Shown here piece after piece: positions 8,969 to 19,387 of a DNA stretch of 64,000 nt. The stretch spans positions 1,312,001 to 1,376,000 of the forward strand of contig CAWJWJ010000002.1 in assembly GCA_963846575.1 (NCBI GenBank), in the 5' to 3' direction. Each line of letters begins with the position of its first letter. Positions within the stretch are counted from its first letter, which is position 1. Position numbers and translations under genes: made by a program. This stretch comes from an uncultured Nitrospiraceae bacterium (lineage in GTDB: Bacteria; Nitrospirota; Nitrospiria; Nitrospirales; Nitrospiraceae). The notes beneath the pieces were generated by a model, which made no database searches, was not told where the DNA came from, and worked only from the letters and a program-made list of their open reading frames with translations.

Positions 8969-9925
8969 ATGGCAGTCACCCGATTCAATGTCCTGGCAAA
9001 CCCCGCGGTGAGGCAACAGTACACTCAGGGCGTCATGCTGCTGAAGCGAGAGTTTACTGGCCCTACGACCACGAGTCTTGGCATCGCGGGACCGTCGCGC
9101 CTCGTGAGTACCTATGACCTCTTCGTCGTCTGGCACCACACCGCCATGTCGACCCTGACCCCACCGACCCAAGGTGATCGCAACGCCGCCCATCGGGGGC
9201 CGGTCTTTTGCCCCTGGCACCGCTTCATGCTGTATCAACTTGAACTCAATTTCCAGCGAGTTTTAAACGACACGACATTCGGGCTGCCATATTGGGATTG
9301 GGCCGCCGACGGTGAGGGGTCTCCCACGGAGCAGAGGCGATCGGCCTTGTGGGCCGCCAACGCACTGGGAGGCTCAGGGAGTCCGGTCAGAACCGGGCCG
9401 TTTAGATACAACGCGGCTACCGCTAACAGTTTCCGTGTGCGGATCGAAGCAAACGTCAATGGCCAGCTCGTGCAAGTAAATCGCGGGTTGCGACGTGCGC
9501 TGGGCTCGCAAATCTCGGCGTTGCCCACAACCAGCGACACTCAGGGAGTGGTGGCCATGACTCCGTACGATACCGCGCCTTGGGATACCTCTTCCTCAGG
9601 ATTCCGCAATCGGCTTGAGGGCTGGGCCCCGCCCGCCGCGCCGGCTCTCCATAACCGCGTGCATGTCTGGGTGGGCGGCGACATGCTCCCGTCAAGTTCT
9701 CCGAACGACCCGGTCTTTTATCTCAATCACTGCAACGTCGATCGCCTCTGGGAAGGCTGGCTCACGCAAAACGGACGGTCCTATACGCCGCTCCAAAGTG
9801 CGCCATCGGCCTTACGCGGCCACCGGATCAACGATCTAATGGAGTCGTTCATGTCTCCGCCGATGCGGCCGAACGACGTTCTGGATATGCGATCCATCTA
9901 CACCTACGAGGATCTGAGCCCCTAG
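8969..9925 (+). CDS. Tyrosinase (type-3 copper protein, MelC2-like)
   Basis: YDLFVVWH, AHRGPVFCPWHR, LPYWDW, LHNRVHVWVGGDM, SPNDPVFYLNHCNVDRLW. Confidence 0.93.
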   Translation: MAVTRFNVLANPAVRQQYTQGVMLLKREFTGPTTTSLGIAGPSRLVSTYDLFVVWHHTAMSTLTPPTQGDRNAAHRGPVFCPWHRFMLYQLELNFQRVLNDTTFGLPYWDWAADGEGSPTEQRRSALWAANALGGSGSPVRTGPFRYNAATANSFRVRIEANVNGQLVQVNRGLRRALGSQISALPTTSDTQGVVAMTPYDTAPWDTSSSGFRNRLEGWAPPAAPALHNRVHVWVGGDMLPSSSPNDPVFYLNHCNVDRLWEGWLTQNGRSYTPLQSAPSALRGHRINDLMESFMSPPMRPNDVLDMRSIYTYEDLSP

Positions 9926-10203
9926 CACCTTTCCTTATACGCCCATCGCAATTGCCGGTGCGCCGAACATGGTTAAGCGATCGGTTCCGCACCGTCTTGC
10001 TCCACCGGCACTATGAGACTCAGGCGGAAATGGGGAAAACCGGAGAAGTGATTAATGTCTATGGTGAGTCAGTTGAGGTTTGAACCCCGCCTTAAAATGG
10101 CCCCAGGCGACAAGTAGGCAAAACACAAATCGGCTCAGTCCGCGCAGACTGTGACACTGACACAGCCCGCGCAGACTAAGCATGAGCTACAGGTCTTGGG
10201 CGG

Positions 10204-10704
10204 CTACGCTGCCACTTTGGACGCCATGCGTTCACAAGATGCCGCACACTTGCGGCACATCTCGATGCACTCTTTGACCATCTGATCGTCTCCTGCCACT
10301 TGTTGGCAGTCCTTTCCGCACTCCTTACACAATTCGGAACACAGTCGGCATATCCGGTCGTGAAATGGTGACTCCCGTACCATGTAATCTGCACTGGTCG
10401 CGCACATCTGTGCACAATCCACGATTAAGCGAATGTGATGAGGTGTCGCATGGCGCCCACCGAGTTTCAAACAATGCGCGATTGTTTGGGTGCACATCGC
10501 ATGGCAGTCTCGGCACAGTTGAATACACTTTTTCATCTCGTCGTCCGTGTGATGCTCCCCTTGGACGAGCAACGGCTTGGCTTCTGATCCGTCGTCGGAC
10601 GCGGCATAACCCTTCGGCAAGATCAGAAACGAAGCCCCAGTCGCCACTAAAGACGCTCCGCTAGATAGAAATGTCCTTCTGTCTATATTGTTGTTCGTTG
10701 GCAT
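10204..10704 (-). CDS. Tat-exported four-helix-bundle copper storage protein (Csp/DUF326)
   Basis: DRRTFL Tat motif; 16 Cys, mostly in CxxxC/CxxC spacing. Confidence 0.88.
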   Translation of the reverse strand: MPTNNNIDRRTFLSSGASLVATGASFLILPKGYAASDDGSEAKPLLVQGEHHTDDEMKKCIQLCRDCHAMCTQTIAHCLKLGGRHATPHHIRLIVDCAQMCATSADYMVRESPFHDRICRLCSELCKECGKDCQQVAGDDQMVKECIEMCRKCAASCERMASKVAA

Positions 10705-10833
10705 ATCTCCCCTTTCCATGGTTATGTTCGCGTTGTTAAGCTATCAACTTGACAATGCTATGCCGGACTTCGTCCTGCCTCGGCGATGCGCCAAGGGCAC
10801 CCAATCGGATCGAATTGAAACCTGAAGGGGATA

Positions 10834-11166
10834 TCAAATCCTCAGAACTGTGGTGGGGATCGAGAGATGAATGGGCGTGTCTGCACCGAGTGGAGGGTGT
10901 TCGGATCTGAAAATGGCGAATACTGAAATAGGCAATTGAGGAGCGGCCTCAACGTCCATGCTGAGGAGGGGCAATTCCTGGACAGAGGAGGAAGGAGGAG
11001 ATTGTGGTCCTAACTGGATGAAGGCATCACATGTCTGCCTTACCGGCTGATCAGTGTTGGTCGAGCAGTTCCCTGCCGACTCAGGCTGAAGTGGTAATAC
11101 ACAGGCGTAGGCATTGAAGGTAAAGACCAACAGAAGGAGGACTAGGACTGTGCAGATACGCGTCAT
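10834..11166 (-). CDS. Small exported Cys/Pro-containing protein (leader-like) upstream of Csp
   Basis: Signal peptide ending AYA-C, three Cys in the mature part, HPP, ends VLRI. Confidence 0.6.
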   Translation of the reverse strand: MTRICTVLVLLLLVFTFNAYACVLPLQPESAGNCSTNTDQPVRQTCDAFIQLGPQSPPSSSVQELPLLSMDVEAAPQLPISVFAIFRSEHPPLGADTPIHLSIPTTVLRI

Positions 11167-11574
11167 TGCTATGATTATCAAACTATAGTGTGCTTGGGTC
11201 AAGTGTGGACCTTTAGGTGTTCTGGGCACGCACTCAACAATGGCTTCGTAAGCTTCTCTAATATTGCTCTGTAAACTATTTACGTCGTAACTGCGTAGCA
11301 TAACCAATCGCTGTCCTTGGGCGAAGCTCGACTTTTAGACTGGACGGCACCGACCCAAGGGCTGTCCCGCCAAGATTCAAGATCCCGTTGTCTCACATTG
11401 AAGTAGTTGGGAGCCACGACTCGACTATCATCCTGCAAGAGTCCAAGCCCGCGTATTTTATCTAGAAAGCGGCGACTGTAAGGTTTCGCCTCCTGTCCCG
11501 TCTGTAGAGCTGACTGGGCAGCTCGATCGAGCATGGAGCTCGACAGAGCCGCTCATAAACCAAGGAGGCAGACT

Positions 11575-11793
11575 ATGAAAGAATTAATCCTCAGAATTGA
11601 CGGAATGAGCTGCGGGCACTGTGTCGGACAGGTGACCAAGGCGTTGGCTCAACTGGAAGGTGTGGTAGTGAAGACCGTTAAGGTCGGCGAAGCTCTCGTG
11701 GCCTACGACCCCCGGGAAATCGCACCAACGGAAATCGCTCGCGTGGTAACCGAGGCAGGATATGAGGCCCAGACGGTCGGGAGGGCGGCATGA
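11575..11793 (+). CDS. copZ: Copper chaperone (HMA domain)
   Basis: GMSCGHC; AAGGAGG RBS. Confidence 0.9.
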   Translation: MKELILRIDGMSCGHCVGQVTKALAQLEGVVVKTVKVGEALVAYDPREIAPTEIARVVTEAGYEAQTVGRAA

Positions 11794-11890
11794 ACGCGGC
11801 AGGAATATCGAAACGACAGGTTGAGCCTATCGATGAAGCCATCCGAATCGCTCATACGACGACCGCTCGCATCATGCCGCATCCATCGCG

Positions 11891-14225
11891 ATGGAGTCGG
11901 CAGACTCGCCGACTCTCCGGAAAGTGACGATTCCGGTGGAGGGCATGACCTGCGCTGCATGCCAGAGCCGGGTCCAACGGGCCTTGGACGGCGAAGCTGG
12001 TGTCATTGACGCGTCCGTGCATCTCATGTTGAAGCAAGCCGTGATCACCTATGACGCGGCCCTCGCCTCAGAGGCCTCGTTAGCCGAGGTGATCAACCGG
12101 ACGGGATACGAAGCCAAGCCTGTCGGCGAGAGACCGGAGCTCGTTTGATGACCAGGAGGCGCAGGAGCAGTCGCAGGAAGCCGAATACCTGGCAGCACGA
12201 CGCAAGGCCTGGGTGAGCGGAGCGGCTGCGATGGTCGCCATGGTGCTCTCCATGCCGGTGATGGTTAGCCACGAGTCGGATGGCCATGCCACCGGCGTCC
12301 TCATGTCCTGGATGACGCAGGTGGCTTCGTGGTTGTCGTTCGCCACGCCGGCTGTGTGGTCCTACGTGCTGATGGGGCTGGCGGCTGTAGTGATGGGATC
12401 GACGGGGCGGCATTTTTATGTGCGAGCCTGGTCCGCAGTCCGCCACGGCTCAGCGGATATGAATACGCTGGTCGCGGTCGGGACGGGCGCGGCATTTTTG
12501 TACTCCGCCTTGGCGACGCTGGTTCCGGAATTTTTTCTGAACCACGGCGTCCAGCCTGATGTCTATTACGAAGCTGTGGTCATGATTATTGCGCTGATCC
12601 TGACGGGTCACACCCTGGAGGCTCGCGCCAAACGCCAGACATCCGCCTCCTTGCGGCGGTTGGTGGCGTTGCAACCCAAGACCGCTCGGGTGATGCGTGA
12701 AGCCGGCGAAACGGACTTGCCGATCGAAGAGGTGCGCAGAGGGGATATCGTTCTGGTGCGGCCTGGCGAGCGGATCGCGGTGGATGGAGATATCCTGTCC
12801 GGTCAGAGCGCCATTGATGAATCCATGTTGACCGGCGAAGCCATGCCGGTCAATAAACAGGCGGGGGACCGCGTCATCGGCGGCACGATCAATAAGTCCG
12901 GGGCTTTCCGGTATCAGGCAACGACGGTGGGTGAGGAAAGCGTCCTGTCTCACATTGTTACTCTGATGCGGGACGCGCAGGGATCACGGGCTCCGATTCA
13001 AAAGTTGGCGGACCGTGTCAGCGGCATCTTCGTGCCGATCGTGATGGGGTTGTCGCTCGCTACGTTTGCGGTCTGGATGGTGGCGCTGGAGCAGGCGTCA
13101 GTGGTACAAGCCTTCGCCGCCGCGGTAGCCGTGCTGATCATCGCCTGCCCCTGCGCCATGGGACTCGCGGTGCCGACCGCGATGATGGTCGCGACGGGCC
13201 GGGGCGCCGAGCATGGGATTCTGATTAAAGGGGGAGAGGCCCTCCAGCGGGCCGGCGCGATTACCACCGTCGTGCTGGATAAGACCGGCACGATCACCGA
13301 AGGAACACCGGCCGTCACTAACGTCATCCTGGCGGAGGGCGGAGCTTGGTCCGAGCGTGAGGTGCTCAGGTGGGTGGCCTCGGTCGAAGCCTCTTCGGAA
13401 CATCCCGTGGCGGAGGCAATTGTGCGATCCGCACAGGAGCGTTTCATTCAGCTGGAGCCGGTGGACTCCTTCCAGTCGTTTGCAGGCCGAGGAGCTGCGG
13501 GCGTGGTGGAAAATGCGGCGGTCCTGGTCGGCAATAGAGCGTTGATGGAAGACTATGCGGTGGCACTGAACGATATGGTCCCATGGGCGGAGCAGGCGGC
13601 TGCGGAAGGAAAGACGCCGGTATATGTCGCCATAAACGGAGCACTCGCCGGAGTTATCGCGGTGGCGGACCCCATCAAATCGACCTCACGGGAGGCGATT
13701 CGGAACCTCAAGGACCTGGGGCTCACCGTGGTCATGTTGACTGGTGACCACGAGCGGACGGCGCAGTCGGTTGCTCGGGAGGTCGGGGTCGATCGAGTCG
13801 TGGCTGGAGTCCTGCCGGAGGGAAAAGTGGCCGAGATCCGGCGACTGCGCGATACCGGTGAGATCGTGGCGATGGTCGGTGACGGGATCAACGATGCGCC
13901 CGCGCTGGCCCAGGCCGACGTAGGAATGGCCATTGGGACCGGGACGGACATCGCCATCGAGGCGAGTGATGTGACGCTCATGCGGAGCGATCTGCATGGG
14001 GTTGCGTCGGCGATCAGGCTCGCCCGAGGGACAATGCGCGTGATGAAACAGAATCTATTCTGGGCATTCATTTATAACGTGATCGGCATTCCCGTTGCGG
14101 CCGGCGCGTTGTACCCATTCACGGGTCTGATGTTGAGCCCGGTGCTGGCGAGCGCGGCGATGGCGTTCAGCTCCGTCAGCGTGGTGATGAACAGTCTGCG
14201 GCTTCGGAAACTGCGGATCGACTGA
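11891..14225 (+). CDS. copA: Cu(I)-translocating P1B-type ATPase (one frameshift near 12130)
   Basis: HMA GMTCAAC in 11891..12148; [18 protein letters not shown] and MAFSS motifs in the +1 frame. Confidence 0.88.
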
Positions 14226-14441
14226 CAACGCTTGTCTCCCGGTCTATGAGTTTTATTGGATGGTGCAGGCTTCCTTGTGATGAGGAACCACTCCCAAGCA
14301 TTCTGTTCTTCACCGGGCATGCCAATCAATTCCTGCATGCTGCTCGATGTCATTCATACGGACGCAGGGGTGGTTCAAAGAGATTTGTGACTGGCGCCTG
14401 TCTGGCATTACTTTGATCACGGCTGAAGGGAGGAACACAGG

Positions 14442-16385
14442 ATGATCATCCAACCGATCGATATCTTCTTACTGGTCTGGTTTGTCCTCGCGGCATTGTC
14501 CACAGTCTATGTCGCCTATGATCAGTTCAAAAACAATCCCGAACCGGCTGTGATGAAGTGGGGGTTCATCCTTGTGACCTTGTACATGGGGCCCTTCGGC
14601 CTGTTGTTGTATGTTCTGGCCGATAAAGAGCCTCGGCCGGGGGAACACGAACGTTTCACCGCGCCGCTCTGGAAGCAGGGAGTCGGCAGCACCATCCATT
14701 GCGTGGCAGGGGATGCAACCGGCATTATTCTCGCAGCCGTAATCACCGCACTGTTAGGCCTGCCGATGTGGCTTGATCTGATTATCGAGTATGCCGCGGG
14801 CTTCGCCTTCGGTCTCTTCATCTTCCAGTCACTCTTCATGAAAAGCATGATGGGAGGGTCCTACTGGGAAAACGTCCGAAAGACATTTCTGCCAGAACTT
14901 ATCAGCATGAATGCAATGATGGCCGGAATGGCGCCGGTGATGAGCCTCTTAATGATGGGCCGGGATATGCGAGCCATGGAGCCGACGGAGCTACTCTTTT
15001 GGGGTGTCATGTCGCTCGGCGTCATGGCGGGTTTTACCCTAGCCTATCCGTTTAATGTGTGGCTGGTGGAGGCGGGGCTGAAGCATGGGCTGATGACTGA
15101 GCGCCGCGCGGGGACCCAGTTTCATCTGCCCCGGCAGAAAGATTCGGTTACGCATGAACATGCGGCCGAGGCCGGGGGCCATCAGAACCACGCACAGGCA
15201 GGCGAGCACGATCAAACGAGGCCGGACCACCGACCGCATGGCATGCAGAACCCTGGCACACAGGAGCATCACATGAACAGCGAGGCGACCGTTCCGCAAA
15301 TCGCATCCCTTGCCGGCGTGACCACATTGATGCTTTTGGCCGGCCTGATCGCACCGGCGTTCAGGGTCAACCTCTCGCTCAGTGCCAAGGATGTCGGCGG
15401 CGTGATTATGCCGCCGGGCATGATTATGGATTTCGATACGCCCGCCGAGGCGATGCGTGATATGGCCGCGGTTCACCCCCGATACGTGTCTCATACCGCG
15501 GCGGTCAGCGATCGCGGTGATCAAGTGCTGCAGCCTCATATCACAAATGGGGTCAAAATTTTTGATCTCGAAGCGTCCGTGGTTCGGTGGCACATTCTCG
15601 ATGACGTCTATGTAGACGCGTATGCCTACAACCGCCAAGTCCCAGGCCCCCGGCTGCAGATCACGGAAGGGGACAGGGTCAGGATCAATTTTCGAAATGC
15701 CCTTCCCGAATCAACGACGGTCCATTGGCACGGGTTGATTGTCCCGAACGAGATGGATGGTCCCGCCGAGGTTACGCAGCAGGCGGTACAGCCGGGGGGG
15801 ACCTACACCTACGAGTTCACCGTGGGACAAGCGGGCACCTACTTTTACCACTCTCACGATCACCCGGACCGCCAGCAGGGGATCGGGTTGTATGGCGCGC
15901 TGATTATTGCGCCGCGCGACAGCACGGCAGAGCCGCGCGCAGACCATGATGTCACAATTCAATTGCAAGAATGGCTGAAGCGGGAGTGGTTAACCTACCC
16001 GGCCATGCTCATGGAGGGAGGCCTTCCGAACTATTTTACGATTAACGGCAAGGCCTACCCGTCGACGGACGTGATCCGGATGAAGGTGGGGGAAACCGTC
16101 AAGCTGCGCTTTATTGGAAGCAGCAACAATTTCATTCATCCGATGCACGTGCACGGAGGTCCGTTCGAGGTCGTCGCGTTGGACGGCGAGGTCTTGTCGG
16201 ACCATGCCCGGTATCGAGCCGATACAGTGAATGTCGGTCCAGGCCAGCGTTACGACGTGATCTGGACGGCCCGTCGTCCAGGGAAATGGCTCCTGCACTG
16301 CCATATCCCGCACCACACCGCCAACAACAATGTAGAAAAACAGGGAGGCGGCGGCTTGACCATGATCATCGAGGTGACAGAATAA
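14442..16385 (+). CDS. DUF4396 membrane domain fused to a two-domain multicopper oxidase
   Basis: TM N-terminus with HCVAGDATG; His-rich linker; HWHG, YHSH, HPMHVHG, HCHIPHH. Confidence 0.85.
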   Translation: MIIQPIDIFLLVWFVLAALSTVYVAYDQFKNNPEPAVMKWGFILVTLYMGPFGLLLYVLADKEPRPGEHERFTAPLWKQGVGSTIHCVAGDATGIILAAVITALLGLPMWLDLIIEYAAGFAFGLFIFQSLFMKSMMGGSYWENVRKTFLPELISMNAMMAGMAPVMSLLMMGRDMRAMEPTELLFWGVMSLGVMAGFTLAYPFNVWLVEAGLKHGLMTERRAGTQFHLPRQKDSVTHEHAAEAGGHQNHAQAGEHDQTRPDHRPHGMQNPGTQEHHMNSEATVPQIASLAGVTTLMLLAGLIAPAFRVNLSLSAKDVGGVIMPPGMIMDFDTPAEAMRDMAAVHPRYVSHTAAVSDRGDQVLQPHITNGVKIFDLEASVVRWHILDDVYVDAYAYNRQVPGPRLQITEGDRVRINFRNALPESTTVHWHGLIVPNEMDGPAEVTQQAVQPGGTYTYEFTVGQAGTYFYHSHDHPDRQQGIGLYGALIIAPRDSTAEPRADHDVTIQLQEWLKREWLTYPAMLMEGGLPNYFTINGKAYPSTDVIRMKVGETVKLRFIGSSNNFIHPMHVHGGPFEVVALDGEVLSDHARYRADTVNVGPGQRYDVIWTARRPGKWLLHCHIPHHTANNNVEKQGGGGLTMIIEVTE

Positions 16386-16449
16386 CGCTCGTTCGACGAG
16401 CCGGCGGCGTGTGATCCTCGGTCCGTCCAATAATAACGGGATACGACAC

Positions 16450-18311
16450 ATGATTTCATGCATGATTTCGAGGCGGGGACTTCTGAAACGCATTGGAACC
16501 TTGGGACTGATTGCAGCCATGGAACATGTGTGGCCTGCTTGGGCTCATACGAGCCCCTCATCCCATGGCGCGGTGCAGGTGCCACTCAGCGGAGACAGCA
16601 TCGACCTGACCATCAGCGAACAGTCGTTTCACGTCGTCGGGCGAAACGGGACAGCCATTACGATCAATGGCACCGCTACCGGGCCCTCTGATCCGCCTCA
16701 GAGAAGGTCAACAGGCGACGCTTCGTGTCACCAATCAATTGAAGGAGCTCACCTCGATTCATTGGCACGGGTTGCTCGTCCCTCCCGAGATGGACGGCGT
16801 GCCCGGCGTAAGCTTTGGTGGCATCGAGCCGGGCGCGACCTTCACCTATCGTTTCCCGGTCAAACAGAGCGGGACTTACTGGTGTCATAGCCACTCTGGA
16901 GGACAGGAACTGCTTGGGATGTACGCCCCGCTGATCATTGATCCCCTTGATCCTGAGCCGTTTGAATACGAACGCGACTATGTCGTGATGCTCTCGGAGT
17001 GGAGCTTCGAATCGCCGCACACCTTGCTTTCGAATCTCAAAAAGCAGGCGGGGTACTATAACTTTCAGAAACGCACGGCAGGAGAATTTTTTGCCGATGT
17101 AGCAAAACAAGGGTGGTGGGCCACTCTGCAGCATTACCTCGCGTGGGATCGGATGCGGATGGACCCCACCGACTTCGCCGATGTGACCGGCTACACATTC
17201 ACCTATCTGATGAATGGCTTGTCCCCCGAGGCCAACTGGACGGGTCTTTTTCGTCCGGGCGAGCGCGTGCGCCTGCGTGTTATCGACGCGGCCGCCATGA
17301 CCTTTTACGATGTGCGCATTCCGGGTCTCCGGATGACCGTTGTGCAGGTGGATGGGCAGAATGTGCAGCCCGTGGTGGTGGATGAATTTCGCATCGGTCC
17401 GGCAGAAACCTATGATGTCATCCTGGAACCCGCTGGCGATGGTCCCTATACCATTTTTGCCGAGACGATGGACCGAAGCGGCTATGCGCGGGGCACCCTG
17501 GCGACGCGTCTTGGCGCGAGCGCCGCCATTCCGGAAAGGCGGCCCAGGCCGCTTCGTACGATGGCCGACATGGGAATGCCGATGGAGCACATGGAGATGC
17601 CCGGCATGAGCACACGCGCTCACAGCGGTGAGATCGGCGTGCCGTCCGACACGAAGGCCCCGCACGACGCTCTGAAAAGCGAGCACCATCAGCATGGCTT
17701 GGTCATGGGAGAGATGCCCAACGCGCGGGAACTGGCGGAGAGCAGTATGGCCGACCAGGAGTCCTCGGAGATACCCGGTGCGGAACCGGTCAAACACGGC
17801 CCCGACGATCACGGGACCGGCAATCAAACTGTGGCCGAATACTCCTGGAGCCGCATGCATGAGCCGGGGGACGGGCTGGACCTCGCTGAGCGGCGAGTGC
17901 TGCTCTATACCGATTTGAAGAGCGTTCAGCCCTACCCGGACCAACGTCGCGCCGGAGCGGGACATCGAACTCCACCTCACCGGCCACATGGAACGATACA
18001 TGTGGTCATTCGATGGACAAAAATACTCTGATGCTCAACCGATTCACTTGCGATATGGCGAACGCGTGCGGATGACCTTCGTGAACGACACAATGATGGA
18101 GCATCCACTGCATCTCCACGGCATGTGGATGCACCTGGAAAATGGAGCCGGCGAATATTTGCCTCGGAAACATACCGTCATCGTCAAACCGGCTGAACGA
18201 CTGTCAGTCGCAATCAGCGCCGATGCTCCTGGCCGATGGGCCTTTCACTGCCATTTGCAGCTTCATATGGAAGCGGGCATGTTCCGGGTCATCGAGGTTG
18301 TCGATCGATAG
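16450..18311 (+). CDS. Tat-exported CopA/PcoA-family multicopper oxidase (frameshifts near 16675 and 17950)
   Basis: SRRGLLK Tat motif, TSIHWHG, YWCHSHSG, RMDPTD, HPLHLHGMW, WAFHCHLQLHMEAGM spread over three successive frames. Confidence 0.85.
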
Positions 18312-18319
18312 TGCAGAGC

Positions 18320-19252
18320 ATGTCCAGGAAACGGCCTTTTATAACTTTTCCCGCCGTACTGGCGGGGTTCCTGCTTGGTCTTGGAACCCCCTCCACGGTC
18401 ATCTCGACAGAGATCGGGCCGTCTCGCTTGCGGACTCCGGGCATCTCCGCTCAAGGCATGGTCTCCCGAATAAAGAGTGAATCTTCCGTGAGATCGGAAT
18501 CGTTAACCAAGGGCGTCGACGCCTCCAGCCTCCGAGAAACGACGTTGCCGAATCTTTCATCGCAACCTGGATGGCCGAGTCCCGTGAACGATACTGAAAC
18601 ACGCACGATGGTATTGGTGGACGTACTTGAATATCGTCTCAAGACAGGAAATGCCGGAAGCCACAGTGATTACCGATGGGACATTGAGGGGTGGTATGGC
18701 GGTGACTACAACCGAATATGGTTCAAGAGCGAGGGACAGCGGAATACCGCATTCAAAGCGGATTACGACGTGGACTTTCAGCTCTTGTACGGACGGTTTA
18801 TTCAGAAGTACTACGATTTTCAGATCGGGGGCCGGGTGGAAACACAGACGTTTCGAGGGGGGAATGTGACCCGTGGATTAGCGGTAATCGGGATAGAGGG
18901 ACTGGTCCCATATAGTTACCAGATAGAGCCTTCGATCTTTATCGACCAAAATGGTGCAGTGTCAGCGCGTCTGGCGGCGACGAAGGACTTGTTCATGACC
19001 CAGCGGCTTATTCTCCAGCTTCGCTTCGAGACCAATGCAGCAATCCAGCGCGTCGAAGAATTCACGACAGGGTCCGGCCTCAACAACCTCGAATTCGGTA
19101 TCCGTCTGCGGTATGACATCAGACGCGGATTCGCACCCTATATGGGAGTGTCGCTCGACAGAAGCTTTGGTGAAACCGCCACGCTCATTCGTCGGGAGGG
19201 GGGCTCTCCCAGTCAGGTCCGATTCGCCTTGGGGCTGCGATTGTGGTTTTGA
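18320..19252 (+). CDS. copB: Copper resistance outer-membrane protein CopB/PcoB
   Basis: GWYGGDYNRIWFKSEG, GIRLRYDIRRGFAPY, C-terminal GLRLWF. Confidence 0.9.
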   Translation: MSRKRPFITFPAVLAGFLLGLGTPSTVISTEIGPSRLRTPGISAQGMVSRIKSESSVRSESLTKGVDASSLRETTLPNLSSQPGWPSPVNDTETRTMVLVDVLEYRLKTGNAGSHSDYRWDIEGWYGGDYNRIWFKSEGQRNTAFKADYDVDFQLLYGRFIQKYYDFQIGGRVETQTFRGGNVTRGLAVIGIEGLVPYSYQIEPSIFIDQNGAVSARLAATKDLFMTQRLILQLRFETNAAIQRVEEFTTGSGLNNLEFGIRLRYDIRRGFAPYMGVSLDRSFGETATLIRREGGSPSQVRFALGLRLWF

Positions 19253-19387
19253 CTGCGAACGACTCAAGGCCCCGATTTCTTTTCTGCCTGTTCCTTGCGC
19301 TAAACTCCTGGAGGCTTCCAGTCCTCCGGCCGCACATGCCGTCAAGGCCACTACGCACCAGGGACATGGCCCACATCCTTTCATCGG

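Noticed and set aside
11280..11570. CueR/MerR-type operator upstream of copZ
   Set aside because: Only a half-site-like ACTGTAAGGTT; no convincing dyad with -35/-10 spacing
16667..18031. Programmed frameshifting in the multicopper oxidase or rep genes
   Set aside because: No slippery heptamers noticed at the breaks, and many unrelated genes are affected
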